This document shows positions 44,532 to 54,959 of a stretch of 64,000 bases of DNA, one piece after another (the stretch's first letter is position 1; the number at the start of each line of letters is the position of its first letter). The notes beneath the pieces were generated by a model. It made no database searches. It had not been told where the DNA came from and saw only the letters and a program-made list of their open reading frames with translations. This DNA is from Microlunatus sp. (lineage in GTDB: Bacteria > Actinomycetota > Actinomycetes > Propionibacteriales > Propionibacteriaceae). The translations under genes and the position numbers were made by a program. The stretch covers positions 10,742 through 74,741 of the forward strand of contig DATDBH010000209.1 in NCBI GenBank assembly GCA_036524985.1. Direction: 5' to 3'.

Positions 44532-44555
44532 TGCGAAGGAGGGCGCCTTGTTCGA

Positions 44556-44571
44556 ACTTAACCGGTCAAGT
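44556..44571. promoter_or_regulatory. putative LacI-family operator upstream of the beta-mannosidase
   Basis: ACTTAACCGGTCAAGT near-palindrome with central CG, similar to 49153-49168. Confidence 0.55.
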
Positions 44572-44584
44572 AGCCTCGGACTCC

Positions 44585-47110
44585 GTGACGCCTCCCACCC
44601 TCACCCGCTCCCTCCGCCGGACCTCGTTGGACACCACAGACTCCTCCGCCGGGGTCGCCTGGCGGCTCTCGCCGCTGACCGACGTGCCTGCCGACTGGAG
44701 CGCGGTGGGCGCTACCCCGATCCCGGCGAACGTTCCCGGCGAGGTGTACGCGGACCTGCTGACCGCCGGTCTGATCCCCGATCCGTTCGACGGCGACAAC
44801 GAGGACCGGCTGCACTGGATCGGCTCGACCGACTGGTCGTACCGGACGACGTTCGGATTCCAGCGGGGCGACGAGCACCGGCACGATCTCGTCTTCGGCG
44901 GCCTGGACACCATCGCGACCGTGCTGCTGAACGGCACGGAGATCGCCCGGACGGCCAACCAGCACCGGTCGTACCGGTTCGACGTCAGCTCCGTCCTCCG
45001 CGACGGCGACAACGTTCTCGAGATCCGCTTCGAGGGTCCGGTCACCGCCGCTCAGCGACTGTCCACCGAGCTCGGGGACCGACCGCGGGCGTACGCGCAC
45101 CCGTTCAACGCGATCCGCAAGATGGCCGCCGGCTACGGCTGGGACTGGGGCCCCGACCTCGCCGGGGTCGGGATCTGGCGATCGGTCGGCATCGAGTCGT
45201 GGAGCGGTGCACGGCTCGGCCCGGTCCGTCCGTTGGCTCTGGTCGAGGGCACCACCGGTCGGCTGGAGACGCAGGTCGAGCTCGCGTGGACGGCCGACGC
45301 CGACGAGTCGGTCGAGGTGACCGTCACCCTGGCCGGTGAAACCGTCAGCGCCAGTGCGGAGCCCGGGCAGACCGAAGTCGTCCTCGAGCTCACCGTCGCC
45401 GACGTCGAGCTGTGGTGGCCGCTCGGCTACGGCGCCCAGGCCCGCTATGACGTGACCGTCGAGGTCGCCGACCAGTCCTACGACGCGGCGGTCGGGTTCC
45501 GCACGGCGGAGCTGTCGGTCACCCCCGACGGCCACGGCAACGGTTTCGCGGTGATCGTCAACGGCACCCCGATCTACGTCAAGGGTTTCAACTGGATTCC
45601 CGACGACGCGCTGCTCACCCGGCTGACGCCGGACACCTACCGCGCCTCGATCGAGGAGGCCGTCGCCGCCGGGGCCAACCTGCTGCGGATCTGGGGCGGG
45701 GGCATCTACGAGAGCGACGACTTCTACGACGTGTGCGACGAGCTCGGGATCCTGGTGTGGCAGGACTTCCTGTTCGCCTGCGCGGCCTACAGCGAGGAGG
45801 AGCCGCTGCGCAGCGAGGTCGTCGCCGAGGCTCGGGAGGCGGTCACCCGGCTGGCGTCCCGGCCGAGCCTGGTGGTGTGGAACGGCAACAACGAGAACAT
45901 CTGGGGCTACGTCGAGTGGGGCTGGCGACAGCAGCTGGCCGGCCGAACCTGGGGCATCGGCTACTACACCGAGCTGCTGCCGGCGATCGTGGCGGAGCTG
46001 GACCCGCGGACTCCTTACTCGCCGGGCAGCCCGTTCTCCTACGCCGACTACCACCACCCCAACGACTTCCGCAGCGGCACGATGCACATCTGGGACGTGT
46101 GGAACCGGCTCGATTACTCCCACTACCGCGACTACCCCGCGCGTTTCGTCTCCGAGTTCGGGTTCCAGGGGCCGGCCGCCTGGTCGACCCTGTTCTCCGT
46201 GGTCCATGATCAACCGGCCGACCCCTACGGCGCCCAGATGCTGGTCCACCAGAAGGCGCACGAGGGAAACCTCAAGCTGGAGAGGGGTCTGGGCGACCAT
46301 CTGCCGTCCTGGCGATCCGATCCCACCGCGGACATGGACGACTGGCACTGGCTGACCTCGCTCAACCAGGCCCGCGCGGTCGCGTACGGGATCGAGCACT
46401 TCCGCAGCCTCTACCCCCGCAACACCGGCGTGATCGTCTGGCAGCTGAACGACAACTGGCCGGTCGTGTCCTGGGCGGCCGTCGACCACGCCGGCATCCG
46501 CAAGCCGCTGTGGTACGCCCTGAAGCGCGTATACGCCGACCGGCTACTGACCTTCCAGCCCCGCACCGACGAGAACGGTGACGACGTGCCGGCCTTGATC
46601 GCCCACAACGACACCTCGGTCGCCTGGCACGGCGAGCTGGTGATCACCCGGTGCGGGACCGGAGTCGGCACGCCGGTGCTGGCCGAGCAACGGCTGCCGG
46701 TGCACCTGGATGCACGCTCGGCCATCACCGTCGCCCTGGACACCGATGTGGTGACGGCCGACGACGAGACCGCCGAGTTCCTGCGGGCGACCGTGTCCGG
46801 CGACACGGCGGCCCCGGCGTTCGGCTACTTCGTCGAGGACATCGCGCTGCAGCTCGTCGGACCCGACGAGGCGTACGAGGTGGCAGTCCTGCCGGTCGAC
46901 GGTGGGTACGCTGTTCGGCTCCTGGCGAAGGCGCTGGTCAAGGACGCGGCTCTGTTCGTGGACCGGCTGGACGCCACCGCCCGGGTCGACTCGGTGTTGA
47001 TCACCCTGGAAGCCGGCGCCAGCCACACCTTCCGAGTGTCCGGCGCCGGGCTGGACGAGGTGGCGCTCACCGGCAAGCCGGTCCTGCGCAGCGTCAACGA
47101 CCTGCTGTAG
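44585..47110 (+). CDS. glycoside hydrolase family 2 beta-mannosidase
   Basis: GWDWGP, KGFNWIP, LRIWGGG, WQDFLFAC, WNGNNE, SEFGFQG and WQLNDNWP; no signal peptide seen. Confidence 0.92.
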   Translation: MTPPTLTRSLRRTSLDTTDSSAGVAWRLSPLTDVPADWSAVGATPIPANVPGEVYADLLTAGLIPDPFDGDNEDRLHWIGSTDWSYRTTFGFQRGDEHRHDLVFGGLDTIATVLLNGTEIARTANQHRSYRFDVSSVLRDGDNVLEIRFEGPVTAAQRLSTELGDRPRAYAHPFNAIRKMAAGYGWDWGPDLAGVGIWRSVGIESWSGARLGPVRPLALVEGTTGRLETQVELAWTADADESVEVTVTLAGETVSASAEPGQTEVVLELTVADVELWWPLGYGAQARYDVTVEVADQSYDAAVGFRTAELSVTPDGHGNGFAVIVNGTPIYVKGFNWIPDDALLTRLTPDTYRASIEEAVAAGANLLRIWGGGIYESDDFYDVCDELGILVWQDFLFACAAYSEEEPLRSEVVAEAREAVTRLASRPSLVVWNGNNENIWGYVEWGWRQQLAGRTWGIGYYTELLPAIVAELDPRTPYSPGSPFSYADYHHPNDFRSGTMHIWDVWNRLDYSHYRDYPARFVSEFGFQGPAAWSTLFSVVHDQPADPYGAQMLVHQKAHEGNLKLERGLGDHLPSWRSDPTADMDDWHWLTSLNQARAVAYGIEHFRSLYPRNTGVIVWQLNDNWPVVSWAAVDHAGIRKPLWYALKRVYADRLLTFQPRTDENGDDVPALIAHNDTSVAWHGELVITRCGTGVGTPVLAEQRLPVHLDARSAITVALDTDVVTADDETAEFLRATVSGDTAAPAFGYFVEDIALQLVGPDEAYEVAVLPVDGGYAVRLLAKALVKDAALFVDRLDATARVDSVLITLEAGASHTFRVSGAGLDEVALTGKPVLRSVNDLL

Positions 47111-47164
47111 CCGACTTGTCAGACGCTGTGGTCGCCATGGCGACCACAGCGTCTGACAACTCGG
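47111..47164. terminator. long palindrome between convergent genes (44-bp perfect core at 47116-47159)
   Basis: TTGTCAGACGCTGTGGTCGCCATGGCGACCACAGCGTCTGACAA is self-complementary. Confidence 0.65.
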
Positions 47165-47172
47165 GGTTTGCT

Positions 47173-48276
47173 TCAGACCGTGGCGGCCAGCGGGTCCCAG
47201 TCGGCCGGCAGCGGCTCGGACGGCTGCACGGTGCTCTGCACCGCGACCACCTCACCCGACTCCGACGCCTCCGCGATGGAGACCATGATGTCGAGCACGT
47301 GGTACGCCAGCGCGCCGGTGGCCCGGTGCGGACGGTCCTCCCGGATGGCCCGGGCGATGTCCAGCGCCCCGGTGCCGCGCTGCGACTTGGCCACCGTCGA
47401 CTCGAGTGGCTCCCAGTCCTCGCCGCCCGGACGGCGCAGCCTGATGTCACCGTCGAACATGTTGGGATCGGGGATCTCCAGCGACGCCTCGGTGCCGGTC
47501 ACCTCGAGCAGGATCCGCGGCACGGCGGAGTCGAAGCTGAGCACCAGGGTCAGCGCCTGGCCACTCTCGAACCGCACCAGAGCGGTGGTCTGGCTGGGCA
47601 CCGTGACGTCGAACTCCTCGCCGGCCTTGGGACCGGCGTGGATCTTGCGTCGCTCGCGGGCCTTGGAGCCCACGGCGGCCACCGACTCGACCGGACCGAA
47701 CATCTGCACCGCGGCGGTTAAGTAGTACGGGCCGATGTCGAACAGCGGGCCCGCGCCCTCCTGGAACAAGAAGGCGGGGTTCGGGTGCCACAGGTCCGGA
47801 CCGGGCTGCTGCATCAAGAACAGCGCGCTCAACGGTCGGCCGATGGCGCCGCCGGCGAGCACGCCGTTGACCGCCTGCAGACCCGAGCCCAGGAAGGTGT
47901 CCGGCGCGCAACCGACCCGCAGACCGGCTGCCTCGGCGGCCTCCAGCAGGGCCTTGCCGCTCTCCCGGTCCAGGCCCAGCGGCTTCTCGCTCCAGACGTG
48001 CTTGCCGGCCGCGATCGCGCTGCCGCAGACCTCGGTGTGCACCGCGGGCGGGGTCAGGTTGATCACGAGCTCGATGTCGGGGTGGTTCAGCACCACGTCG
48101 TTGCTGCCGTGCAGCGCGACGCCGTACTCCGCCGCCTTGGCCGCCGCGATCTCCGGGTAGAGGTCGGCGATGGCGAGCAGCTCGACGTCAGCGAACGACG
48201 TGAGGTTCTCGATGTAGGTGCCGCTGATCACGCCCGCGCCGATGATGCCGACGCCGACGGGTCCCTTGCCGGTCAT
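47173..48276 (-). CDS. Gfo/Idh/MocA family oxidoreductase
   Basis: GIIGAGVIS, GKHVWSEKP, APDTFLG and GAGPLFDIGPYY. Confidence 0.9.
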   Translation of the reverse strand: MTGKGPVGVGIIGAGVISGTYIENLTSFADVELLAIADLYPEIAAAKAAEYGVALHGSNDVVLNHPDIELVINLTPPAVHTEVCGSAIAAGKHVWSEKPLGLDRESGKALLEAAEAAGLRVGCAPDTFLGSGLQAVNGVLAGGAIGRPLSALFLMQQPGPDLWHPNPAFLFQEGAGPLFDIGPYYLTAAVQMFGPVESVAAVGSKARERRKIHAGPKAGEEFDVTVPSQTTALVRFESGQALTLVLSFDSAVPRILLEVTGTEASLEIPDPNMFDGDIRLRRPGGEDWEPLESTVAKSQRGTGALDIARAIREDRPHRATGALAYHVLDIMVSIAEASESGEVVAVQSTVQPSEPLPADWDPLAATV

Positions 48277-49040
48277 CAGCGAGCACCCCCCTTGTCCGCA
48301 GAACTGGCGACCAGGTACGCGCGGCTGGCGCCGACGGCCTCCACGAGGTCACCCTCGGAGTCGTCGAGCTCCACCACGAACAGCGCGTTCGGGGCGGCGG
48401 CCATGTAGTCGTCGACGGGCACCGAGCCCGACCCCACCGCCACCTGCAACTTGTTGTCCAACGATCCATCTCCGTCCTTGATGTGCAGCGCGACGACGCG
48501 TTCGCCGAGCCTCTCCAGCAGTGCGGGGACATCGGCGCCGCCGACGTACGCCCAGTAGGTGTCGACTTCCAGCACCACGCCCGGATCGAGCTGCGCAGCC
48601 AGCACCTCGAGCCCGTGCCGACCGTCGATCCGAGAGGTCAGCTCGTACTCGTGATTGTGGTAGCCGACGGTCAGACCGTACTCGGAGGCCTTGGCGGCCG
48701 CCGCGTTGAGGTCGGCGGCGACACCGGCGATGCCTTCCGCCGTCTGCCACGCGGTCCGGGGGCTGGACGGCACGATGACGGTCTTGACGCCCAGCTCCTG
48801 GGCGGCGACGAAGATCGCGTCCTGGTCGTCGGCAGCCAGCAGACCCATGTGCGTGGTCGGTGCCGTCAGACCGTGCGCGCTGAGCCCGGTCTTGAGATCG
48901 TCGAAGAACGTGGTGAAGGCGAAGGGTTCGACCTGCTTGTAGCCGAACGCGGCGATCTTCGCCAGGGTGCCGTCGAAGTCCTCCTGAAGAGCTCCACGCA
49001 CGGTGTAGAGCTGGACCGACAGCTGGTCGGGGTTGGGCAT
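48276..49040 (-). CDS. sugar phosphate isomerase/epimerase (AP endonuclease 2 TIM barrel)
   Basis: SVQLYTVR, GYHNH, EVDTYW and LHIKDG. Confidence 0.88.
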   Translation of the reverse strand: MPNPDQLSVQLYTVRGALQEDFDGTLAKIAAFGYKQVEPFAFTTFFDDLKTGLSAHGLTAPTTHMGLLAADDQDAIFVAAQELGVKTVIVPSSPRTAWQTAEGIAGVAADLNAAAAKASEYGLTVGYHNHEYELTSRIDGRHGLEVLAAQLDPGVVLEVDTYWAYVGGADVPALLERLGERVVALHIKDGDGSLDNKLQVAVGSGSVPVDDYMAAAPNALFVVELDDSEGDLVEAVGASRAYLVASSADKGGAR

Positions 49041-49152
49041 GCTTCTCCTCGTACGGAGCCGTGGATCCGGCTCGGTGTGGTCGTGGACTCCGCCAGCCTT
49101 TCACTAAACGTTCATTCGGGAAAGGGCGGGTCCTTTCTCCATCCGCTATTTC

Positions 49153-49168
49153 GCAAAACCGGTTCAGT
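49153..49168. promoter_or_regulatory. putative LacI operator in the divergent promoter
   Basis: GCAAAACCGGTTCAGT; a second candidate ACTAAACGTTCATT lies at 49103-49116. Confidence 0.5.
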
Positions 49169-49187
49169 CGCTAGTGTCTGCACCACC

Positions 49188-50201
49188 ATGCCCCGCGTCA
49201 CCATCAACGACATCGCGCGTCGGGCCGGTGTCTCCAAGGGTGCCGTCTCGTACGCCCTGAACGGTCGGCCGGGCGTCTCGGAAGAGACCCGCCACAAGAT
49301 CCTGGACGTCGCCCAGGAGCTCGGTTGGGCCCCGAACCGGACAGCACGGATGCTGTCCGGCTCGCGCACCGAGACGTTCGGACTGGTGCTGGCCCGCGAC
49401 CCGCGGACCCTGGGCTCGGAGCCGTTCTACATGGAGTTCGTGGCCGGGCTGCAGAGCGAGCTCTCCCAGCGGGGGTTCGCCCTGTTGCTGCAGCTCACGT
49501 CATCCTCGGCCAACGAGCTCGAGCTCTACCCACGGTGGTGGTCCGAACGGCGGGTCGACGCGGTGGTGGTGGTCGACATCCGGGTCACGGACCCGCGGGT
49601 TCCGGCCCTGCGTGATCTCGGCATGCCGGCGGTGTTCGTCGGCGACCCCGCCATGACCGGCGGCTTCACCACGGTCTGGACCGACGACGCCACCGCGATG
49701 GCGGCCGCGATCCGACGCCTGGTCGAGCTCGGCCATCGCCGGTTCGGTCGGGTGGCCGGGCCCCCCGGTCTCAGCCACACCCGGGTCCGTGATCTGGCGT
49801 TCCAGCAGTCGGTCGCGGCCGCGGGCCTGTCCGGCACGATCCTGCACGCGGACTTCTCCGACGCGGCCGGCGGGCAGGCGACCCGCGGCCTCTGGGGTCT
49901 GGCCGACCGGCCGACGGCGATCGTGTACGACAACGACCTGATGGCCATCGCCGGCCTGTCGGCCCTCGCCGAGCTGGGGGTCTCGGTGCCGCACGAGGTC
50001 AGCATGCTCGCCTGGGACGACTCGGCGTTGTGCACCATCACCCACCCGACCCTGTCCGCCCTGAGTCACGACGTGATGTCCTTCGGTGCGCACGTCGGTC
50101 GACGGCTGTTCGACCTGCTCGAGGGGGCCGAATCGGCGGCGCATCTGGACTCCACCCCGGTGCTGGTCGAGCGGGAGAGCACCGCGCCGGCTCCGCGCTG
50201 A
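49188..50201 (+). CDS. LacI family transcriptional regulator
   Basis: VTINDIARRAGVSKGAVSYALNG HTH plus a periplasmic-binding-type domain. Confidence 0.95.
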   Translation: MPRVTINDIARRAGVSKGAVSYALNGRPGVSEETRHKILDVAQELGWAPNRTARMLSGSRTETFGLVLARDPRTLGSEPFYMEFVAGLQSELSQRGFALLLQLTSSSANELELYPRWWSERRVDAVVVVDIRVTDPRVPALRDLGMPAVFVGDPAMTGGFTTVWTDDATAMAAAIRRLVELGHRRFGRVAGPPGLSHTRVRDLAFQQSVAAAGLSGTILHADFSDAAGGQATRGLWGLADRPTAIVYDNDLMAIAGLSALAELGVSVPHEVSMLAWDDSALCTITHPTLSALSHDVMSFGAHVGRRLFDLLEGAESAAHLDSTPVLVERESTAPAPR

Positions 50202-50213
50202 GCTGAGCTGAGA

Positions 50214-50984
50214 TCAGGCCGGCGGGGCCGTCGATTCCGCGGGCGTGGCGAGCAGCTCGCGGGTCAGGAACACTCCGCCCGCCGTCGCCACCGGGAAGAC
50301 CACCACCGCGACGAACGGGATGGCGAGCAGCAGGAAGCACGGCACCGAGAATCCCAGGGTGCGCCACCGACGCCGCTGCATGGCGGTCCGCCGTTGGGTG
50401 AGCCTCGGAAGGCCGCGCCGCTCGAAGCTCGGCCCGATGAGCTCGAAGCAGAGCATCCACCCGCCGAAGCACGCCGCGACCACCGGGATGACGGTCTGGC
50501 CGACCACCGGGATGAACTGTGCCAGGAAGAGCGGCAAGGCGGCGGCGACGGAGATCGCGATCAGCCCGACCGACTGACGCAGAGCCCGCGGCAGCGAGCT
50601 GCTCCAGGGCTCACCGGTGTCCGGCAGCCCACCCGACAGCTCGGCGTCGACCGCCTCGCTGATCTTGTCGTAGACCGGCGCTCCGAACGCCATCGTCAAC
50701 GTGCTGAAGGAGATGATCATGACCAGCAGGGTGACGCCGAGGACCCCGGCTCCGGCCAGCACCCGGATGGCGGTCCGGGCCGCCTCCGCCCACCCGTCGG
50801 CGAACGGGGTGATCGCGTCGCTGATCCAGCCCAGCCTGGTGACCAGCAGCACGAACAGGACCGCGAACAGCACGGACATGATCAGCGGGGGCACCGCACC
50901 CAGCCAGAACAGCCTCGGTCGCTGGGTCAGGAACCGGAAGCCCTTCACCAGCAGGGCGGCACCGCCCACGGCCTCGGTGATCAT
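50214..50984 (-). CDS. EI24/CysZ-like membrane protein
   Basis: [11 protein letters not shown] and FIPVVGQ motifs; TM pattern. Confidence 0.8.
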   Translation of the reverse strand: MITEAVGGAALLVKGFRFLTQRPRLFWLGAVPPLIMSVLFAVLFVLLVTRLGWISDAITPFADGWAEAARTAIRVLAGAGVLGVTLLVMIISFSTLTMAFGAPVYDKISEAVDAELSGGLPDTGEPWSSSLPRALRQSVGLIAISVAAALPLFLAQFIPVVGQTVIPVVAACFGGWMLCFELIGPSFERRGLPRLTQRRTAMQRRRWRTLGFSVPCFLLLAIPFVAVVVFPVATAGGVFLTRELLATPAESTAPPA

Positions 50985-51496
50985 CCCGCGTCCCGGGAAG
51001 CGGCCCGGACCTTGGCACCCTTGGCCTCGGCCGTCGCCCGCAGCTCGTCGGCGAAGCGGACCAACCGCTCGGTCAGCGCCGGATCCCCGGTGGCCAGGAT
51101 GCGGGCGGCGAGCAGGCCGGCATTGCGGGCGTTGCCGATGGCGACGGTGGCCACCGGGACGCCACTGGGCATCTGCACGATCGACAGCAGCGAGTCCATC
51201 CCGTCGAGGTACTTCAGCGGCACCGGCACACCGATGACCGGCAGCGGGGTCAAGGCCGCCAGCATGCCGGGGAGATGGGCGGCCCCGCCGGCTCCGGCGA
51301 TGATCACCTCGAGCCCACGGGTGTGAGCCTCTCGGCCGTAGGCGACCATCGCCTCGGGCATCCGGTGGGCGGAGACGACGTCGGCCTCGTACGCGATGTC
51401 GAACTCGGCCAGTGCGTCAGCGGCCGCCCTCATCACCGGCCAGTCGGAGTCGGAGCCCATCACGATGCCGACCCGCGGCCTGCCTCCTGCACTCAT
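50981..51496 (-). CDS. purE: N5-carboxyaminoimidazole ribonucleotide mutase
   Basis: [24 protein letters not shown] and SIVQMP. Confidence 0.97.
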   Translation of the reverse strand: MSAGGRPRVGIVMGSDSDWPVMRAAADALAEFDIAYEADVVSAHRMPEAMVAYGREAHTRGLEVIIAGAGGAAHLPGMLAALTPLPVIGVPVPLKYLDGMDSLLSIVQMPSGVPVATVAIGNARNAGLLAARILATGDPALTERLVRFADELRATAEAKGAKVRAASRDAG

Positions 51497-52650
51497 GCGT
51501 CTGTTCCCATCAGGTAGCCGGCCGCGTGCCGGGCTCGGCTGCGGACGTCGTCGAGGTCACGACCGTACGTGGTCACGTGGCCGACCTTGCGGCCCGGCGT
51601 GACGTGCTTGCCGTACAGCTGGACGCGCAGCCGCCGATCCCGGGCGAAGCAGTGCAACAGCGCGGACGGCAGGTCGCTCACCGTGCCCCCGAGCACGTTC
51701 GCCATCACCGTGAACGGCTCGCGCGCTGCCGGATCGCCGAGCGGCAGGTCGACCACGGCGCGCAGGTGGTTCTCGAACTGCGACGTGTGGGCGCCGTCGA
51801 TGCTCCAGTGGCCGGTGTTGTGCGGACGCATGGCGAGCTCGTTGACCACCACGGTGCCATCGGCGCGCTCCATCAACTCGACGGCGAGCAACCCGACGAC
51901 CCCGAGCTCGTTCGCGATGCCCAGGGCCAGCTGTTGGATCCGTACCATGCGGTCGTCGTCCAGACCGGGCGCGGGGGTCGTCGTCTCCACACAGATCCCG
52001 TTGCGCTGCACGGATTCCGACACCGGGTACGCCACCGCCTGGCCCGACGGCGACCGGACCACGAGGGCACTCAGCTCGCGGCGGAACGCGATGAACTCCT
52101 CGGCGATCACGGCCACACCGTCGGGCAGCCCAGCGAACGGCTGCTCCGCGTCGGCGGCCGAGTCCAGCTTCCAGACACCCTTGCCGTCGTAGCCTCCGCG
52201 GGAGGTCTTGGCGATCATGGGCCAACCGATCTCGTCGCCGAAGGCGATCAGCTCCGCGGGGGCGGCGACCACGCGGTAGATCGGGCAGGGAGCTCCCAGC
52301 GCGCTCAACCGGTCGCGCATCACCGTCTTGTCCTGGGCGTGCACGAGGGCCTCCGGGCCGGGTCGCACCGCGATCCCGGCGTCCTGGAGCTCGTGCAGCA
52401 GGGCGGTCGGGACGTGCTCGTGATCGAACGTGATCACGTCACAGCCGGCGGCGAAGGCCTTCACGGTGGCCGGGTCGGTGTAGTCCCCGACGGTCACGTC
52501 GTGGACGACCGTCGCGGCAGAGGTGTCCGCGCCCTCCGCCAGCAGCCGGAGTCGCAGCCCCAGGCCGGTAGCCGCCTCGTCCATCATCCGGGCGAGCTGG
52601 CCGCCGCCGATCACGCCGACCACGAACGGTCGCTGAGAGTCCGATGTCAC
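51493..52650 (-). CDS. purK: 5-(carboxyamino)imidazole ribonucleotide synthase
   Basis: [27 protein letters not shown] and SQFENHLRA. Confidence 0.96.
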   Translation of the reverse strand: MTSDSQRPFVVGVIGGGQLARMMDEAATGLGLRLRLLAEGADTSAATVVHDVTVGDYTDPATVKAFAAGCDVITFDHEHVPTALLHELQDAGIAVRPGPEALVHAQDKTVMRDRLSALGAPCPIYRVVAAPAELIAFGDEIGWPMIAKTSRGGYDGKGVWKLDSAADAEQPFAGLPDGVAVIAEEFIAFRRELSALVVRSPSGQAVAYPVSESVQRNGICVETTTPAPGLDDDRMVRIQQLALGIANELGVVGLLAVELMERADGTVVVNELAMRPHNTGHWSIDGAHTSQFENHLRAVVDLPLGDPAAREPFTVMANVLGGTVSDLPSALLHCFARDRRLRVQLYGKHVTPGRKVGHVTTYGRDLDDVRSRARHAAGYLMGTDA

Positions 52651-52697
52651 TCGTCGAAGGATATGGGCGAGTCGGCGCGAGGCGGTAACCGCGAACA

Positions 52698-52720
52698 TAA
52701 ATGAAAACGATTCTCATATT
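52698..52720. promoter_or_regulatory. Zur box
   Basis: AT-rich palindrome TAAATGAAAACGATTCTCATATT directly upstream of aztD. Confidence 0.8.
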
Positions 52721-52783
52721 TGTTAGGCTGCGGACGCCGCTGCACACGCAGCTGGTCACTCACGAACCAGAGAGCGAACCGCC

Positions 52784-54085
52784 ATGTCCCCAGCCCTCCC
52801 CCGCCGACCGATCCTTCGACCTCTGGCCCTGCTGACCGGTCTCGCCACGGCCGCGGTCCTCAGCGGCTGTGGCACGGCCGTCGACCCGGGCGCCCGAACC
52901 GGCGGCGCCTCGCCGTCGACCGCGACGACCGCGACGACGCCGACGACCGCGGACGGTCCCGCCGAGGCGGCCGCAGTCACGCCCCGTCTCGCCGTCACCT
53001 ACGACGGTGGGGTCCAGGTGCTCGACGCCGCCAGCCTCGAGCTGATCGCCGACCTTCCCCTGCCCGGGTTCAACCGGCTCAACCCCGCCGGCGACGGTCG
53101 GCACGTGCTGGTCTCGACCGAAGGGGGCTTCCGCGTCCTGGACACCGGCACCTGGGGTTCCTCCCACGGTGATCACGCGCACTACCACACGTCCGCTCCC
53201 GCCCTCACCGACCTGACGTACGCCGCTGAGGAACCCGGTCACGTGGTGCCGCACCACGGCCGGACCGCGTTGTTCGACGACGGCGCCGGCCGGGTCACGG
53301 TGGTCGACAGCGACAAGATCGCCGATCCGGCCGCCCCTCGTCGCGAGTACACGACCCCGCAACCGCACCACGGCGTCGCCCTCGAGCTGGCCGACCGGCG
53401 TCTGGTGGTGTCGGAGGGCACCGCGGAGGCCCGCACCGGCATCCGCGTCCTCTCCGCGGACGACCGAGAGATCGAGGAGAGCACCCAGTGCCCCGGGGTG
53501 CACGGTGAAGCCACCGCGCAGGACGAGACGGTGGTGATCGGCTGCACCGACGGCGTCCTGGTCTACCGCAGCGACACCATCACCAAGGTCGACAGCGCGG
53601 ACGACTACGGCCGGATCGGCAACCAGGCCGGCAGCGACGTGTCCCCGATCGTGCTGGGCGACTACAAGGTCGACGAGGACGCCGACCTGGAGCGGCCCAC
53701 CCAGGTCAGCCTGATCGACACCGAGCAGGCGAAGCTCCGGCTGGTGCAGCTGCCCTCGTCGTACACCTTCCGGTCGTTGGGTCGAGGGCCGAAGGGCGAG
53801 GCGCTGGTGCTGGGCACCGACGGGAAGCTGCACGTCATCGACCAGGTCTCTGGCAAGATCACCGACTCGGTGCCGCTGATGAGATCCTGGACCGAGCCGG
53901 ACGCGTGGCAGTCGCCGCGGCCGACGCTGAAGGTGAGCGGCGACATCGCCTACGTGAGCGACCCGGCCAGCAGCTCGATCATGGCGGTGGACCTGATCAA
54001 GGGCGTGGTGATCAAGAAAGCCACTCTCTCCGCCGCCCCCAACGAGGTGGCCGTGGCCACGGGCACCGTGGCGGACCACGACTGA
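52784..54085 (+). CDS. aztD: zinc metallochaperone AztD-like beta-propeller lipoprotein
   Basis: Lipobox LSGC, NPAGDGRH, HGDHAHYH, PGHVVPH, HHGVA and CPGVHGE. Confidence 0.88.
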   Translation: MSPALPRRPILRPLALLTGLATAAVLSGCGTAVDPGARTGGASPSTATTATTPTTADGPAEAAAVTPRLAVTYDGGVQVLDAASLELIADLPLPGFNRLNPAGDGRHVLVSTEGGFRVLDTGTWGSSHGDHAHYHTSAPALTDLTYAAEEPGHVVPHHGRTALFDDGAGRVTVVDSDKIADPAAPRREYTTPQPHHGVALELADRRLVVSEGTAEARTGIRVLSADDREIEESTQCPGVHGEATAQDETVVIGCTDGVLVYRSDTITKVDSADDYGRIGNQAGSDVSPIVLGDYKVDEDADLERPTQVSLIDTEQAKLRLVQLPSSYTFRSLGRGPKGEALVLGTDGKLHVIDQVSGKITDSVPLMRSWTEPDAWQSPRPTLKVSGDIAYVSDPASSSIMAVDLIKGVVIKKATLSAAPNEVAVATGTVADHD

Positions 54086-54185
54086 CGGCTCCTGGACATC
54101 GACCGGGGCCCTCGTGGTCGATCGAGGTCGAGCCGACGGGCGACGGGCGACGGGCGGGCTGATCCTCAGCCTGGCTCCGGGGTGA

Positions 54186-54959
54186 TCACCAGCAGGTGAA
54201 ACCACCGTCCACCAGCAGGTCGACCCCGGTGCAGAAGCCGGCCGCGTCGCTGAGCAGGAAGATCACCGGTCCGACGATCTCGTCCACCGTGGCCATCCGA
54301 CCCAGCGGCGTCTCGGCCTCGAACGTCGCGACCTGCTCGGCCACCTCGGGGCGGGTGTTCATCGGCGTGGCCGTATAGCCGGGACTGATCGCGTTCACCC
54401 GGACCCGCCGGTCGGCCCACTCCATCGCCAGGCTCCTGGTGAGCTGGACGACGCCCGCCTTGGCCGCGTTGTAGTGCGCCTGCACCAGACCGCGGTTGAC
54501 GATGGTGCCGGACATCGACGCGATGTTGACGATCGAGCCGCCACCGTTGCGCAGCATCGCGCGGCCCTCGGCCTGACAGGACAGGAACACCCCGGTCAGA
54601 TCGACGTCGACGACCCGCTGCCACTGCGCCAGCGACATGTCCTCGGCCGGTGCCGCGTTCGCGATCCCGGCACTGTTCACGGCCAGGGACAACGGACCCA
54701 GCTCGACCTCGGCGCGGCGGACCGCCTCGGCCAGCGACGCCGGGTCGGTCACATCGGCCGGTGCGGCGATCGCGCGGGCGCCGATCGCGGTGACCTCCGC
54801 CACGACCGCCTCGAGCCCGGGACCGGGCAGATCGAGACAGGCCACCGCCGCCCCCGAGCCTGCGACACCCAGCGCGACACCGCGACCGATCCCGCTGGCG
54901 GCGCCGGTGACCAGCGCCGTCCGCCCCTCCAGGCGGAAGTCCGGTACGTCGCCGCTCAT
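54186..54959 (-). CDS. short-chain dehydrogenase (polyol/sugar dehydrogenase-like)
   Basis: TGAASGIG, NSAGI, ASMSG and YNAAK. Confidence 0.9.
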   Translation of the reverse strand: MSGDVPDFRLEGRTALVTGAASGIGRGVALGVAGSGAAVACLDLPGPGLEAVVAEVTAIGARAIAAPADVTDPASLAEAVRRAEVELGPLSLAVNSAGIANAAPAEDMSLAQWQRVVDVDLTGVFLSCQAEGRAMLRNGGGSIVNIASMSGTIVNRGLVQAHYNAAKAGVVQLTRSLAMEWADRRVRVNAISPGYTATPMNTRPEVAEQVATFEAETPLGRMATVDEIVGPVIFLLSDAAGFCTGVDLLVDGGFTCW

